DNA of 39,295 bases, from positions 1-39,295 of IMG/VR virus record IMGVR_UViG_3300020044_009226; one strand, written 5' to 3'. Source of the stretch: a virus. Its lineage: Duplodnaviria > Caudoviricetes. The position numbers and the translations under genes are program-made. Each line of letters starts with the position of its first letter. The first letter of the stretch is position 1. This document shows positions 1 through 8,037 of the stretch, piece by piece. The notes beneath the pieces were generated by a model. It was not told where the DNA came from and did no database searches. It worked only from the letters and a program-made list of their open reading frames with translations.

Positions 1-121
1 TCGTTACCAGTTAATGTTTTATTAGAAACACCTTGAGAGTTTGTATCACCTACAAGTGTAACGTTTGCATTTGGCATTGTATAAGTACGTGTAGTACCTG
101 TAGATATTGCTGCTGCACTGA
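1..121. repeat. Terminal direct repeat / circular overlap, copy 1
   Basis: 1-121 matches 39175-39295 except at 111/39285 and 120/39294, implying a circular or permuted unit of 39,174 bp. Confidence 0.95.
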
Positions 122-545
122 AAAGAAATTGTTTAGTATTGTCTGATGCGTTTTGAATAACTAAGTTAAGGTCAGTAACTATTAACGAGGAAATAGTAAT
201 ATTTAATGTACCGTTGTTTGTAATCTTTACGTTATTACCAACTCCATCACGAAAATAGATTTCATTGTTTAATACATAAAAACATGCCAAGTCAGAGGCT
301 GTTGGAGTCCAACTAGTTAAGTTAGTAAATCTTGTAGTTCGTATAGCTGTAAGATTATTTGAGCCTATAGAAAGGTCAGACGATATATTCATACCTGATG
401 GTGTAATCTTAACGCCTTCGCCAGAGCTATGGTCATGGCTATCAATTGCATCAAAAACTGCGTTTAATAAACTTGCCCAAGTTGGAGCAGGTGTACTTAA
501 TACATCAGGCTTAACTAATCCCATATTAGGTGTAGTAGTTGTCAT
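1..545 (-). CDS. Tail fibre/spike protein, N-terminal part (continues across the junction into 39174..38841; 292 aa in total)
   Basis: ATG at 545 gives MTTTTPNMGLVKPDVLSTPAPTWASLLNAVFDAIDSHDHSSGEGVKITP..., open to the window edge and in frame with ORF 38841..39251. Thr/Ser/Gly-rich and located in the tail module. Confidence 0.75.
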   Translation of the reverse strand, partial: MTTTTPNMGLVKPDVLSTPAPTWASLLNAVFDAIDSHDHSSGEGVKITPSGMNISSDLSIGSNNLTAIRTTRFTNLTSWTPTASDLACFYVLNNEIYFRDGVGNNVKITNNGTLNITISSLIVTDLNLVIQNASDNTKQFLFSAAAISTGTTRTYTMPNANVTLVGDTNSQGVSNKTLTGN

Positions 546-555
546 TTTTTAACCT

Positions 556-870
556 TTAAAAGAACAGAATAGATACTGTTACGGTGTTTGTTGTTTTTAA
601 CATAATAGAAGTAGTTGGCATGGTATTTACGGTTGTAGATTGGTAAATATCCGCAGATGCATTTTTATCTACAATAATCCAACCAGTAACTGGCCTATTT
701 AATCCATGGTCAACGACATTATCAACACCTGAAGTAAGCACAACGGCTTTTTTAAGTGTTGGGGAGTTTAATAATGGGTTTGTAATAATGCTTTGAAAAC
801 TTGCTATCAAACTGTTTTCAACGCGTTGTAAATCTGGTTGGTGAGTACCTGATCTAACGTACGGTTGCAT
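556..870 (-). CDS. Small virion/tail-associated protein
   Basis: 104 aa ORF between the head-tail adaptor and the tail fibre, with beta-rich composition (HGLNRPVTGWIIVD). Confidence 0.55.
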   Translation of the reverse strand: MQPYVRSGTHQPDLQRVENSLIASFQSIITNPLLNSPTLKKAVVLTSGVDNVVDHGLNRPVTGWIIVDKNASADIYQSTTVNTMPTTSIMLKTTNTVTVSILFF

Positions 871-881
871 GTAAGACTCCT

Positions 882-1592
882 TTAGTCGAAGCCTCTAAAT
901 GGATAAAGAGCGCCAGCATTAAGTGATGCTTCGTCTGTAATATATTCAGGAGCGCCAGAATCTCTAGATTGTAATACGTTCTTTAATTGTTGTAATACTT
1001 CTAAACGTTTACCGTTTAAAGTTGAAGTATCTGATTCTTCTTTTGCAAGCATTGCCATAGCTATTGTTAAGCTTAAATACTCGTCTCCACCCACCATAAC
1101 TTCTACTGTGTCAGTTAATGAAGTAATTACTGTAGGGGCTGGAGTATACCAAAGTTGAACTGTCCCGCTCATACTTGGAATAGGTAAGAATCTGATTTTG
1201 CTACCAGATAACAAATATTTAAATACTTGTCCATATGGAGAGTTTGTAAACGCTAAACCTGATCTAAATTTGTTGCGCTCTTGAAACATAAAAGGTCTAA
1301 GAGTCAAAAATCGTTTAGAAGTTGCGTCTATTTGTAAATCTACACCATCCAATTTATAAAAATCTGCAGGCAAGGAGTACTCATCGGTACCGCCTATAAT
1401 TGAAATAGGGTAGTTAATTGTAAAGTATTGATTGTCTGTTTGTATAATTGTATTGTATAAGTCGCGGTAAGCTATATTAGCATAACGAATTAACTCAGAG
1501 TCTGCCGTCCCAGATTGGTCGATAAACTTTGAATTTCTCATATCTGCTAAATCAATAGCTGTGTCAACTATAGATTGTACTGTCATCAACAT
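882..1592 (-). CDS. Head-tail adaptor (tail tubular protein A-like)
   Basis: Position after the capsid and decoration genes. Adaptor-like pattern: T..SIVDTAIDLAD, ELIRYANIAY, EYSLPADFYKL, FLPIP...VQLWY. Confidence 0.7.
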   Translation of the reverse strand: MLMTVQSIVDTAIDLADMRNSKFIDQSGTADSELIRYANIAYRDLYNTIIQTDNQYFTINYPISIIGGTDEYSLPADFYKLDGVDLQIDATSKRFLTLRPFMFQERNKFRSGLAFTNSPYGQVFKYLLSGSKIRFLPIPSMSGTVQLWYTPAPTVITSLTDTVEVMVGGDEYLSLTIAMAMLAKEESDTSTLNGKRLEVLQQLKNVLQSRDSGAPEYITDEASLNAGALYPFRGFD

Positions 1593-1615
1593 AGCGAAAT
1601 CCTTTTAAGAAATGT

Positions 1616-1633
1616 GGGCACCTCACGATGCCC
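1616..1633 (-). terminator. Stem-loop after the decoration gene
   Basis: GGGCATC-GTGA-GGTGCCC (GNRA loop) followed by ACATTTCTT, a weak U tract. Confidence 0.55.
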
Positions 1634-1640
1634 TTACTTA

Positions 1641-2078
1641 TTAAACTTGAGAGTTTTTAAGTGTAATTTCTAAAAGTATTGCGTCGCCGTTATTAGGATC
1701 AACTGCAGCGATTGCTCCAGCTGTAATACCTAAAGTTGCTACGTCTACGTATGGAGTAGCAGCAGCAGATTGGTCGTCTAAAATTTGAATTCCATCCACA
1801 ACAGATACAGTAGAGTTAACAACTGTCCCAGTTACGTTTAGAATTCTTTGGTATCTATCATAAGATGTACCGGAAGCGTCAGTTTTACCAAAAGTAATTC
1901 TGTATTTTCCAGCAGCAGTTCTTGCTATAGAAAAAATACCTTTTGAAGGGTTTCCTGATGCAGTACTTGTAGTTACTAAAGTAGGTGCGCCAGTTGCGCC
2001 TATTGTTGCTTTAACATAGAGTTTAACAACTCCACGTTCTAATTGATAAGCGAATTGAATAAATTCTCTTGAAGCCAT
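1641..2078 (-). CDS. Putative capsid decoration/minor head protein
   Basis: 145 aa Ala/Thr/Gly-rich ORF directly downstream of the capsid gene, with an AAGGA RBS. Confidence 0.55.
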   Translation of the reverse strand: MASREFIQFAYQLERGVVKLYVKATIGATGAPTLVTTSTASGNPSKGIFSIARTAAGKYRITFGKTDASGTSYDRYQRILNVTGTVVNSTVSVVDGIQILDDQSAAATPYVDVATLGITAGAIAAVDPNNGDAILLEITLKNSQV

Positions 2079-2138
2079 GATGTGTTTTCCTTTTTGAGCT
2101 TTTCGTCCTCGAGGGAGCGTTTAGTCTTAGATTGTTTT

Positions 2139-2163
2139 AAAAAGTGGAGTCGTCCTTGACTCC
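2139..2163 (-). terminator. Rho-independent terminator-like hairpin after the capsid gene
   Basis: GGAGTC-AAGGAC-GACTCC followed by ACTTTT. Confidence 0.65.
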
Positions 2164-2174
2164 GATTAGCCTAG

Positions 2175-3425
2175 TTAGGCTGGTAATATAACGCGAGCGT
2201 TGAATCCAGGTGCGCGGCAACTTACGTTTGCGTAACTGAAAGATCTTACTAACAATGAGTCAGAAGAAGAGTCACGAATCATAGTCAATCCGTCTGCGTT
2301 GAACAAACGAACAGCTTCACCAAGTGATTTCAATTTCCAAGTGTCCAATTGAAGAACAAATGCAACACCAGCTGGACAGTTTTGGTCAGGAACAACAGTC
2401 ATAACACCATTTGGTCCATTGATTTTTAATCCAGAGAAAGATGCTTTAACTTCAGCTTCAGCAACGTTAACGTCAACAAATTGTACTTTAGCTCCAAGCT
2501 CAGCAACCAAACGGTTCCAATCGCGGAAACTCATAAATACATAGTCAGGACGTCCGCTTTCACGAGCAGCTAATGTAGCAGCTTGAACGATTGCAGCTTC
2601 AATAGTTAATGCAGAACCATCAACTTTAATACCACCAAGGCGTACTTTATCTACAGAACGGTCAACGTTATAGAAAGAGTCACCAGCAGCAATATCTGAA
2701 CCTTTTAACCATGCAGTCAATCCAGTGATAGTAGCGTTTACATCACCAGCAGCTTGGTAAATAAAGTCAGATGCAGCAGCACCAGTAATCAAAGAAGTAA
2801 GAGCAGCAGCAGCTCCACCAGCAGTAGCAGAACATAAGAAAGAACCAGTTGAACGGTCGATAGAAACAATATATGCAGTACCAGAGCGTGCAGCACCACC
2901 GTCAGTAGCGGAAAGAGCAATGCTCATACCAATTTCAAGGTTAGTAGATTGGTCAGGTATAGCCAAAGCAACCATTGTAGTAGAAGAGTTAACAGTTGCA
3001 GTCGATGCGATTTGAGCAACAGTACCAGTTCCAGATCTGTACATTTGGATAGCTAAAGCGCGAGTAAGTGCTAACAATGCTTGGTCAATCTCAAATTGAA
3101 CAGCTTTCATAAATGCACCTTTGTCACTTTGCGAAGCTTCAAGAGTTTCGTTTGCAACAGCAGCCATAGAATAGTTTGTCTTACGAGTAATCAAGAAAGC
3201 TCTAATTGCAGAGTTTGTTGTACTAACGTTTGCGCCTGCGAAAGATGCAGAACGGTTTTGAGGAGTACCGATGATGATTGGTTCTTTTGAAGAATCACCA
3301 TAGAAAGTTTCGTCTTTAGGCATAAGAGCGAAAAGTGGGTTGTTTTTGTAAACTAAGTTTTTAATAACTTCGCTTGGGTATAAAGTTTTTAACGCCGCAG
3401 CAAAGGTTGTTTGGTCTAGAGCCAT
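2175..3425 (-). CDS. Major capsid protein (probable start ATG 3425, 416 aa)
   Basis: Size, biased codon usage and position downstream of portal and scaffold. N-terminus ALKTLYP...NLVYKNNPLFALMPK and C-terminus YANVSCRAPGFNARV resemble HK97-fold capsids of podovirus-like phages. Confidence 0.85.
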   Translation of the reverse strand: MALDQTTFAAALKTLYPSEVIKNLVYKNNPLFALMPKDETFYGDSSKEPIIIGTPQNRSASFAGANVSTTNSAIRAFLITRKTNYSMAAVANETLEASQSDKGAFMKAVQFEIDQALLALTRALAIQMYRSGTGTVAQIASTATVNSSTTMVALAIPDQSTNLEIGMSIALSATDGGAARSGTAYIVSIDRSTGSFLCSATAGGAAAALTSLITGAAASDFIYQAAGDVNATITGLTAWLKGSDIAAGDSFYNVDRSVDKVRLGGIKVDGSALTIEAAIVQAATLAARESGRPDYVFMSFRDWNRLVAELGAKVQFVDVNVAEAEVKASFSGLKINGPNGVMTVVPDQNCPAGVAFVLQLDTWKLKSLGEAVRLFNADGLTMIRDSSSDSLLVRSFSYANVSCRAPGFNARVILPA

Positions 3426-3439
3426 TGTAGGTCTCACTT

Positions 3440-3600
3440 TCAAAAAAAATATACGGGGATGGTAACGTGTTAATTCGTCCCAAGGCCGTTAATGGTTGTA
3501 ATAGGCGATATGCCAAAAATCTGTCGTCATCTTCTACGTACAACTACCAACAAGCTGATGACTATGGTAGGTCTATGCCTCGCGGCGTCTGAGGTCTTAC
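3440..3600 (-). ncRNA. Structured 5' leader of the capsid gene (candidate cis-regulatory RNA)
   Basis: GC-richer intergenic block with a GCC-GCGA-GGC hairpin, interlocked CUACCA/UGGUAG and GUCAUC/GAUGAC pairings, and a final GGGA/UCCC stem followed by U8. Confidence 0.5.
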
Positions 3601-4006
3601 AGAATATAAAGCACATTGGTTTACATACGTCACACATTATGTAATAAATCTAAGATGGATAGATACCTATAGGTTCATATTTAATTTACAAAAGGTAGTT
3701 ATAGGTTACTTCAAAAATTTGATGGTTTTTAAGCCAATACAGCGACGTTATAAACTTATAGATACTATGACTAGGGTCGGGTATTTGACACTCTAGAATC
3801 GAATGTTTTTATTAAAGTAACCTATTGATATTATGCAACTTGTCATTTTTGCATTAAAGATATGCTTGGTAAATATGAAACACGATCAAAGATATGGGAC
3901 CCCCTTAAATCGCGATTTTTTTTGTCTTACTGCGCCAACAATATCATTTTGATAAATGTTAAAAAACAATTAACATATAGGGGTATTTTTTTTTCATTTT
4001 CTTTTT

Positions 4007-4109
4007 CTTCTAAAAATATTAATTAAATAAATATATAATATATTATAAAGAGAAAAATTTTAAAAAATTACAAAAAGGCTTGATCTAGATCAAGGTTTTT
4101 AGATAACCT
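4007..4109. repeat. 103-bp dispersed direct repeat, copy A (AT-rich, with palindrome CTTGATCTAGATCAAG)
   Basis: Matches 22683-22785 with one mismatch (4049/22725). Confidence 0.95.
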
Positions 4110-4127
4110 AATGATATTATTAGCCAC

Positions 4128-4153
4128 AAAAAAAACCACCCTAAGGTGGCTTT
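4128..4153 (-). terminator. Rho-independent terminator after the tRNA
   Basis: AAAGCCACC-TTAG-GGTGGTTT running into a T8 tract, just 3' of the tRNA CCA. Confidence 0.85.
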
Positions 4154-4157
4154 AAGA

Positions 4158-4233
4158 TGGTGGACGCTACGGGGTTCGAACCCATGACCTTCTGCGTGCA
4201 AGGCAGACGCTCTCCCAACTGAGCTAAGCGCCC
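4158..4233 (-). tRNA. tRNA-Ala (UGC)
   Basis: 76-nt cloverleaf GGGCGCTTAGCTCAGTTGGGAGAGCG...CTTGCAC...GGTTCGAACCC...GCGTCCACCA, with G3:U70 alanine identity pair and encoded CCA. Confidence 0.97.
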
Positions 4234-4234
4234 A

Positions 4235-4266
4235 TACGTTGTAGCACTACGTTGTAGCACTACGTT
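4235..4266. repeat. 13-bp tandem repeat (TACGTTGTAGCAC x2.5) in the tRNA 5' leader
   Basis: Read directly from the sequence. Confidence 0.9.
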
Positions 4267-4558
4267 ACTCAGCTGTCTTAACTAACTTTATAGATTGTTT
4301 CACTCCATGTGAGCCTTTAGCTACTTCAGAAATAGATACAAAATCTACCGCAAACCAAGTTATTACTCTATATTCATGTATAGAAAACACTAATGATGAA
4401 GTGTCTTTTTTATGGACATCTTTTTTATAGAAAGAAAGAAAGTTTGCTCCCTCAGATTCTACTTCATCTAACTGAACAAAGTCAGCCTCTATATCAGCCC
4501 TAAACTTTGTACCTGTATTTATATCTAAATATATACAAACAAAATTTAGAGAGGACAT
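4265..4558 (-). CDS. Hypothetical protein
   Basis: 97 aa ORF overlapping the upstream gene end, co-oriented. Confidence 0.6.
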   Translation of the reverse strand: MSSLNFVCIYLDINTGTKFRADIEADFVQLDEVESEGANFLSFYKKDVHKKDTSSLVFSIHEYRVITWFAVDFVSISEVAKGSHGVKQSIKLVKTAE

Positions 4559-5244
4559 AACGGACCTACCTCAACTTCTTTCACAACTACTTTGCCGTTT
4601 TCAAAACTAACTGCAAAACCTTTTAATTTACTATTTTTAACTTCCGTAGAACAAGTAACTGATGCAACACCATCAACAGCATTGGCCTTAATTGCTTCAT
4701 CAGCTCCAACTATCCACCATTCCGGAGTGTGCTTTTCTCTTAATTCTTCACGAGTAATTCCAATACGGTCAGCAATTAAGTCTAACAACATATTTTCAAG
4801 TTTTCTCATAAAATCTAATTGTTTTTCAATTTGTTCAATGTTGCCTTGAACTCCACCTGAAATACCATGACTCATAAGTACGCCTGTGCGTGTAATCAAA
4901 CGAGTTTCAGATGCTTGAAGAGTTACAAAAGCCATTGATGCTGAGAATTGAGCAATAGCCACAACACCTTTACCGTCTTCACTTCTTAAATACTCAACCA
5001 ACCTAGTACCTGCAATAACTTCCCCACCTGGACTTCTAATATACAAATAACGAGGTTTACTTTTATCTAAAGAATCAAGCTTAAGTATTACATATTCAAC
5101 AGTGTCCATATTTACTTCAAAGTCCATTGACACAAAGTTATCAGTAGTTAATACAACATTTTGAACTTCATATTTTTTATTAGGCACTACTAAAGCTAAT
5201 GCAGTTAGTGACAGAACGATAATGACAGCAAACAATTTTTTCAT
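4546..5244 (-). CDS. ClpP/crotonase-fold serine protease with N-terminal signal/TM segment
   Basis: YIRSPGG, SASMA (nucleophile elbow), LMSH and EWW..GADEAIKANAVD motifs. N-terminus MKKLFAVIIVLSLTALALVV. Confidence 0.85.
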   Translation of the reverse strand: MKKLFAVIIVLSLTALALVVPNKKYEVQNVVLTTDNFVSMDFEVNMDTVEYVILKLDSLDKSKPRYLYIRSPGGEVIAGTRLVEYLRSEDGKGVVAIAQFSASMAFVTLQASETRLITRTGVLMSHGISGGVQGNIEQIEKQLDFMRKLENMLLDLIADRIGITREELREKHTPEWWIVGADEAIKANAVDGVASVTCSTEVKNSKLKGFAVSFENGKVVVKEVEVGPLCPL

Positions 5245-5255
5245 TGAGTTATTCC

Positions 5256-6071
5256 TTATTTAAGTAATGCTATGGCAGCCGCTAGACGTTCTTTTTCAGT
5301 CATAGGCTTTTTGGTTTTTGGACTTTCGGATTGCATCTTATTACTTAAAGTAGAGGTTTCTTCCGCTTTAACTTCGTCAGTTGCATTTTGTACTATTTCA
5401 GCAATGGCTTCAGCTTTTTCTTCTTCTTTTAACCATTTAGATTTCATAACCTTTTTAATGCTTTTAGCTATGCGGTCGTTAACTTCTTTAGCAGCATCTT
5501 TAGGGTCAATAACTTCACCAGTTTCACTAAATACTTGCTCCATATATTCGCGCACTGTATTAGTTAATCCTAATTGGTCAATCAAATCATATTCACCAGC
5601 TTTAATAGCCTCTTGAATATTATAAGTAAGCTCTTGCTCTGCTTGGGCAATTCTTTCTCTATAGATTTTATCTTTTTCAGCTTGAAGCTCAGCTTTAATC
5701 TTTTCAACTTCTTCAAGTGCTTTGGCAGCTACTGGGTCAGTATTTTTAGGATTGTTTGCAGCTTTAACAATATCATCAATAGATAAACCAAGAGACTTTA
5801 AAACCTCTAATGGGTTTTCACTTTTTAATTGTTTTAATCTTTTAAATTCTTGTAATTCTGCGCGGTCTGCTTCTAGACGAAGTTTTTCAGCTTCCAACTT
5901 TTGGCGTTGTTCTCTCTGATGCTTCTCAATGCGGGCAACTCTATCAATCTCTGTAGTAGGCTTTTCTTCAGCCTTTGTTTCTTCTACTTTGACTTCTTCA
6001 GGCTTAATTTCTGTGGTTACTTCCACGGTAGGTTCTGTAACGTCTGTCATATTTATATCTCCTTTTGACAA
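5256..6071 (-). CDS. Capsid scaffolding protein (probable start ATG 6050)
   Basis: Acidic Glu/Lys-rich coiled coil directly after the portal, with a scaffold-like C-terminal helix (TEKERLAAAIALLK). Confidence 0.75.
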   Translation of the reverse strand: MSKGDINMTDVTEPTVEVTTEIKPEEVKVEETKAEEKPTTEIDRVARIEKHQREQRQKLEAEKLRLEADRAELQEFKRLKQLKSENPLEVLKSLGLSIDDIVKAANNPKNTDPVAAKALEEVEKIKAELQAEKDKIYRERIAQAEQELTYNIQEAIKAGEYDLIDQLGLTNTVREYMEQVFSETGEVIDPKDAAKEVNDRIAKSIKKVMKSKWLKEEEKAEAIAEIVQNATDEVKAEETSTLSNKMQSESPKTKKPMTEKERLAAAIALLK

Positions 6072-6116
6072 AGTACTATTTAATCACAAAAGATATTACA
6101 AAGGTTATTACATAAT

Positions 6117-6160
6117 AAAAAAGACCGGGGGCCCACTATTCCTTAGTGACTTTTCCCGGT
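6117..6160 (-). terminator. Long interrupted hairpin plus U tract between portal and scaffold
   Basis: ACCGGG-AAAAGT-CACTA-AGGAA-TAGTG-GGCC-CCCGGT followed by CTTTTTT. Confidence 0.65.
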
Positions 6161-6184
6161 ACTGTACAATAAAGCACATTAGCG

Positions 6185-7999
6185 TTAGCTAGCGCTAGGT
6201 TTAGGTGCTGGTGTTTGCGCTGGCGCTACAGGTTCTTGAGGCACCGCTGGTGTTTGAATCTGTTGAATTAACTTACGACAATCGTTTATATAACGACGTA
6301 ATAACTTAAGTTTAGTTTCATCTTTATCGTTCATTCTTTCCCATGAATAATGACGTAATGCACATGTCATAGCAAAGTCTAGTGGGTCATAAGGCTCTGG
6401 AGCTACATATTCACCATTTTCTAACATATCTTCAATAGACATCTCAACAAACTTACGAGGTGCTGAGCTCATAGCTATTTGACTTTCAAGGTCAGGCATT
6501 TGAAGTAAGTCAGCTGCATATTCTTTATCAATAAAACCATTAGCAACAAAGCGTTCAATAGTATCAATACGTCCTGCTGGGTCAGTAGGTAAACTTGATG
6601 TAGGTACTATTTGAAGTACAAAGCTATCAAAGTCTTTAGGTATAATACTAGTAGACAATTGACGAAGTCCAATAACTTTATCAAGTGTATTAATCTTAAA
6701 GTCTATTTCTGTAAGCTCTTGTAGTAATATTTTTATTAATTCAATGTGTTGAAGCTCAAATGTTTGACGTAACATCTGCCATCTTTCAGACTTGATATCG
6801 CCCATAGTCCTAAGAGCTTCTCCAGATTCAAGACCCATTGGAGCTTGACCTTGAGTATCCATAGGAGTTAATCCTACGCGTTGATACATTTGAGTTATTA
6901 AAAATTCTAATTGTTGTCCCAACTCAGGTGGCATAGCCGAACCGTTATGGATAATAGGGGCAACACCATTTTTAAGGTCCATCCCTATCATAATCCCAAC
7001 TTTGTTAGTCATATGCTCAGGTTTCATTTGAGAGTTTATATCATAGAATACACGAGGTATAGAAACTAACTTCATAATAGCTTGTTGTGTAGCTACTATA
7101 CGGTCAACTTCTCTTTGTAATGGCGCTAATTCATCAACAGCTGATTGACCAAGCCAACCTACTACAGGTTCATTGTAATCAATCTTAACTACAGGAAAAT
7201 AGTCTTTTTCATATGGTTCATCAAGTAATGTCACGTTTTCAATTGCTATTACATGACGACCTTTTTTAAGGTATGTATTCTTACACCAAGCCTCAAGAAT
7301 CATAATAGATGGAGTATAGTTTGTAGTATCCATACCACGACGCACTTCAATTACATGAGCCCCTTCTATTTCTTCTTTAAACTTTGGAAACAACTTAACT
7401 GCAACATTTATTGGTATAAGCTTTTTATGTACCATTTTATAAGGCTTATTATAAAAACCATCAGATGGGTCAATAATAATTTCATTAGCATATAATCTTT
7501 CAACTTTAACTTCAGAATTCTTTTTATCTTTAACAATTTTAATATACCCAACTCTATTAATCATAGCATCGCGCATAGCTAATGTAAGATGGTGATGTAT
7601 ACTATATTTGTTCATCAAGCCTTTGATAAGGTCATTAAGGTCTTCAGCTTGTTGGCGGCCTTTGGCATTTGATCTATTAGTAATAGCTTTAGGTAGGATA
7701 GTCAATGAGGCTAATTTAGCTGTCAATGTATCAATAAGTGCGGCCGTAAGGTTTATATTAACTCGTGGAGTAGTTGAGTTAGACCCAAGCTGTTGGCTCA
7801 TATCTATATCACTCATATATCCAAAACCATCAATAGAGCCAACTCCTGACCCAAGGTATTGAGCGGTATTCTTTAAATTTCCAGTACTTATAGTTTTATT
7901 TACATTATTTTCGTAGTCTGATACTAAAGCAAACAATGCCTCATGTACTTTATCTTTATCTGATTCAATCCAGTCATTATAAGTTTGAACTTTTGCCAT
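6185..7999 (-). CDS. Portal protein
   Basis: 604 aa directly downstream of TerL. Podovirus portal-like segments (INL...IDTLTAKL, GYIKI, YFPVV, GWLGQSAVDELAPLQREVD, ESGEAL). Confidence 0.85.
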   Translation of the reverse strand: MAKVQTYNDWIESDKDKVHEALFALVSDYENNVNKTISTGNLKNTAQYLGSGVGSIDGFGYMSDIDMSQQLGSNSTTPRVNINLTAALIDTLTAKLASLTILPKAITNRSNAKGRQQAEDLNDLIKGLMNKYSIHHHLTLAMRDAMINRVGYIKIVKDKKNSEVKVERLYANEIIIDPSDGFYNKPYKMVHKKLIPINVAVKLFPKFKEEIEGAHVIEVRRGMDTTNYTPSIMILEAWCKNTYLKKGRHVIAIENVTLLDEPYEKDYFPVVKIDYNEPVVGWLGQSAVDELAPLQREVDRIVATQQAIMKLVSIPRVFYDINSQMKPEHMTNKVGIMIGMDLKNGVAPIIHNGSAMPPELGQQLEFLITQMYQRVGLTPMDTQGQAPMGLESGEALRTMGDIKSERWQMLRQTFELQHIELIKILLQELTEIDFKINTLDKVIGLRQLSTSIIPKDFDSFVLQIVPTSSLPTDPAGRIDTIERFVANGFIDKEYAADLLQMPDLESQIAMSSAPRKFVEMSIEDMLENGEYVAPEPYDPLDFAMTCALRHYSWERMNDKDETKLKLLRRYINDCRKLIQQIQTPAVPQEPVAPAQTPAPKPSAS

Positions 8000-8037
8000 T
8001 TAATGGTCTCCTTTAGTCACTTTTAAAGCACGTAGGG

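Noticed and set aside
2085-2135. Third hammerhead upstream of the decoration gene (GAGGACGAAA)
   Set aside because: No CUGANGA core or matching stems were found.
4021-4050. Possible dif/XerCD site within the duplicated element
   Set aside because: ATAATATATTAT resembles the dif centre, but there is no TTATGTTAAA XerD arm at the correct spacing.
4072-4100. Protelomerase (telRL) site
   Set aside because: The perfect palindrome is only 16 bp and no protelomerase gene was recognised.
4235-4266. CRISPR or mini-array
   Set aside because: The 13-bp units are contiguous with no spacers, and there are no cas genes.
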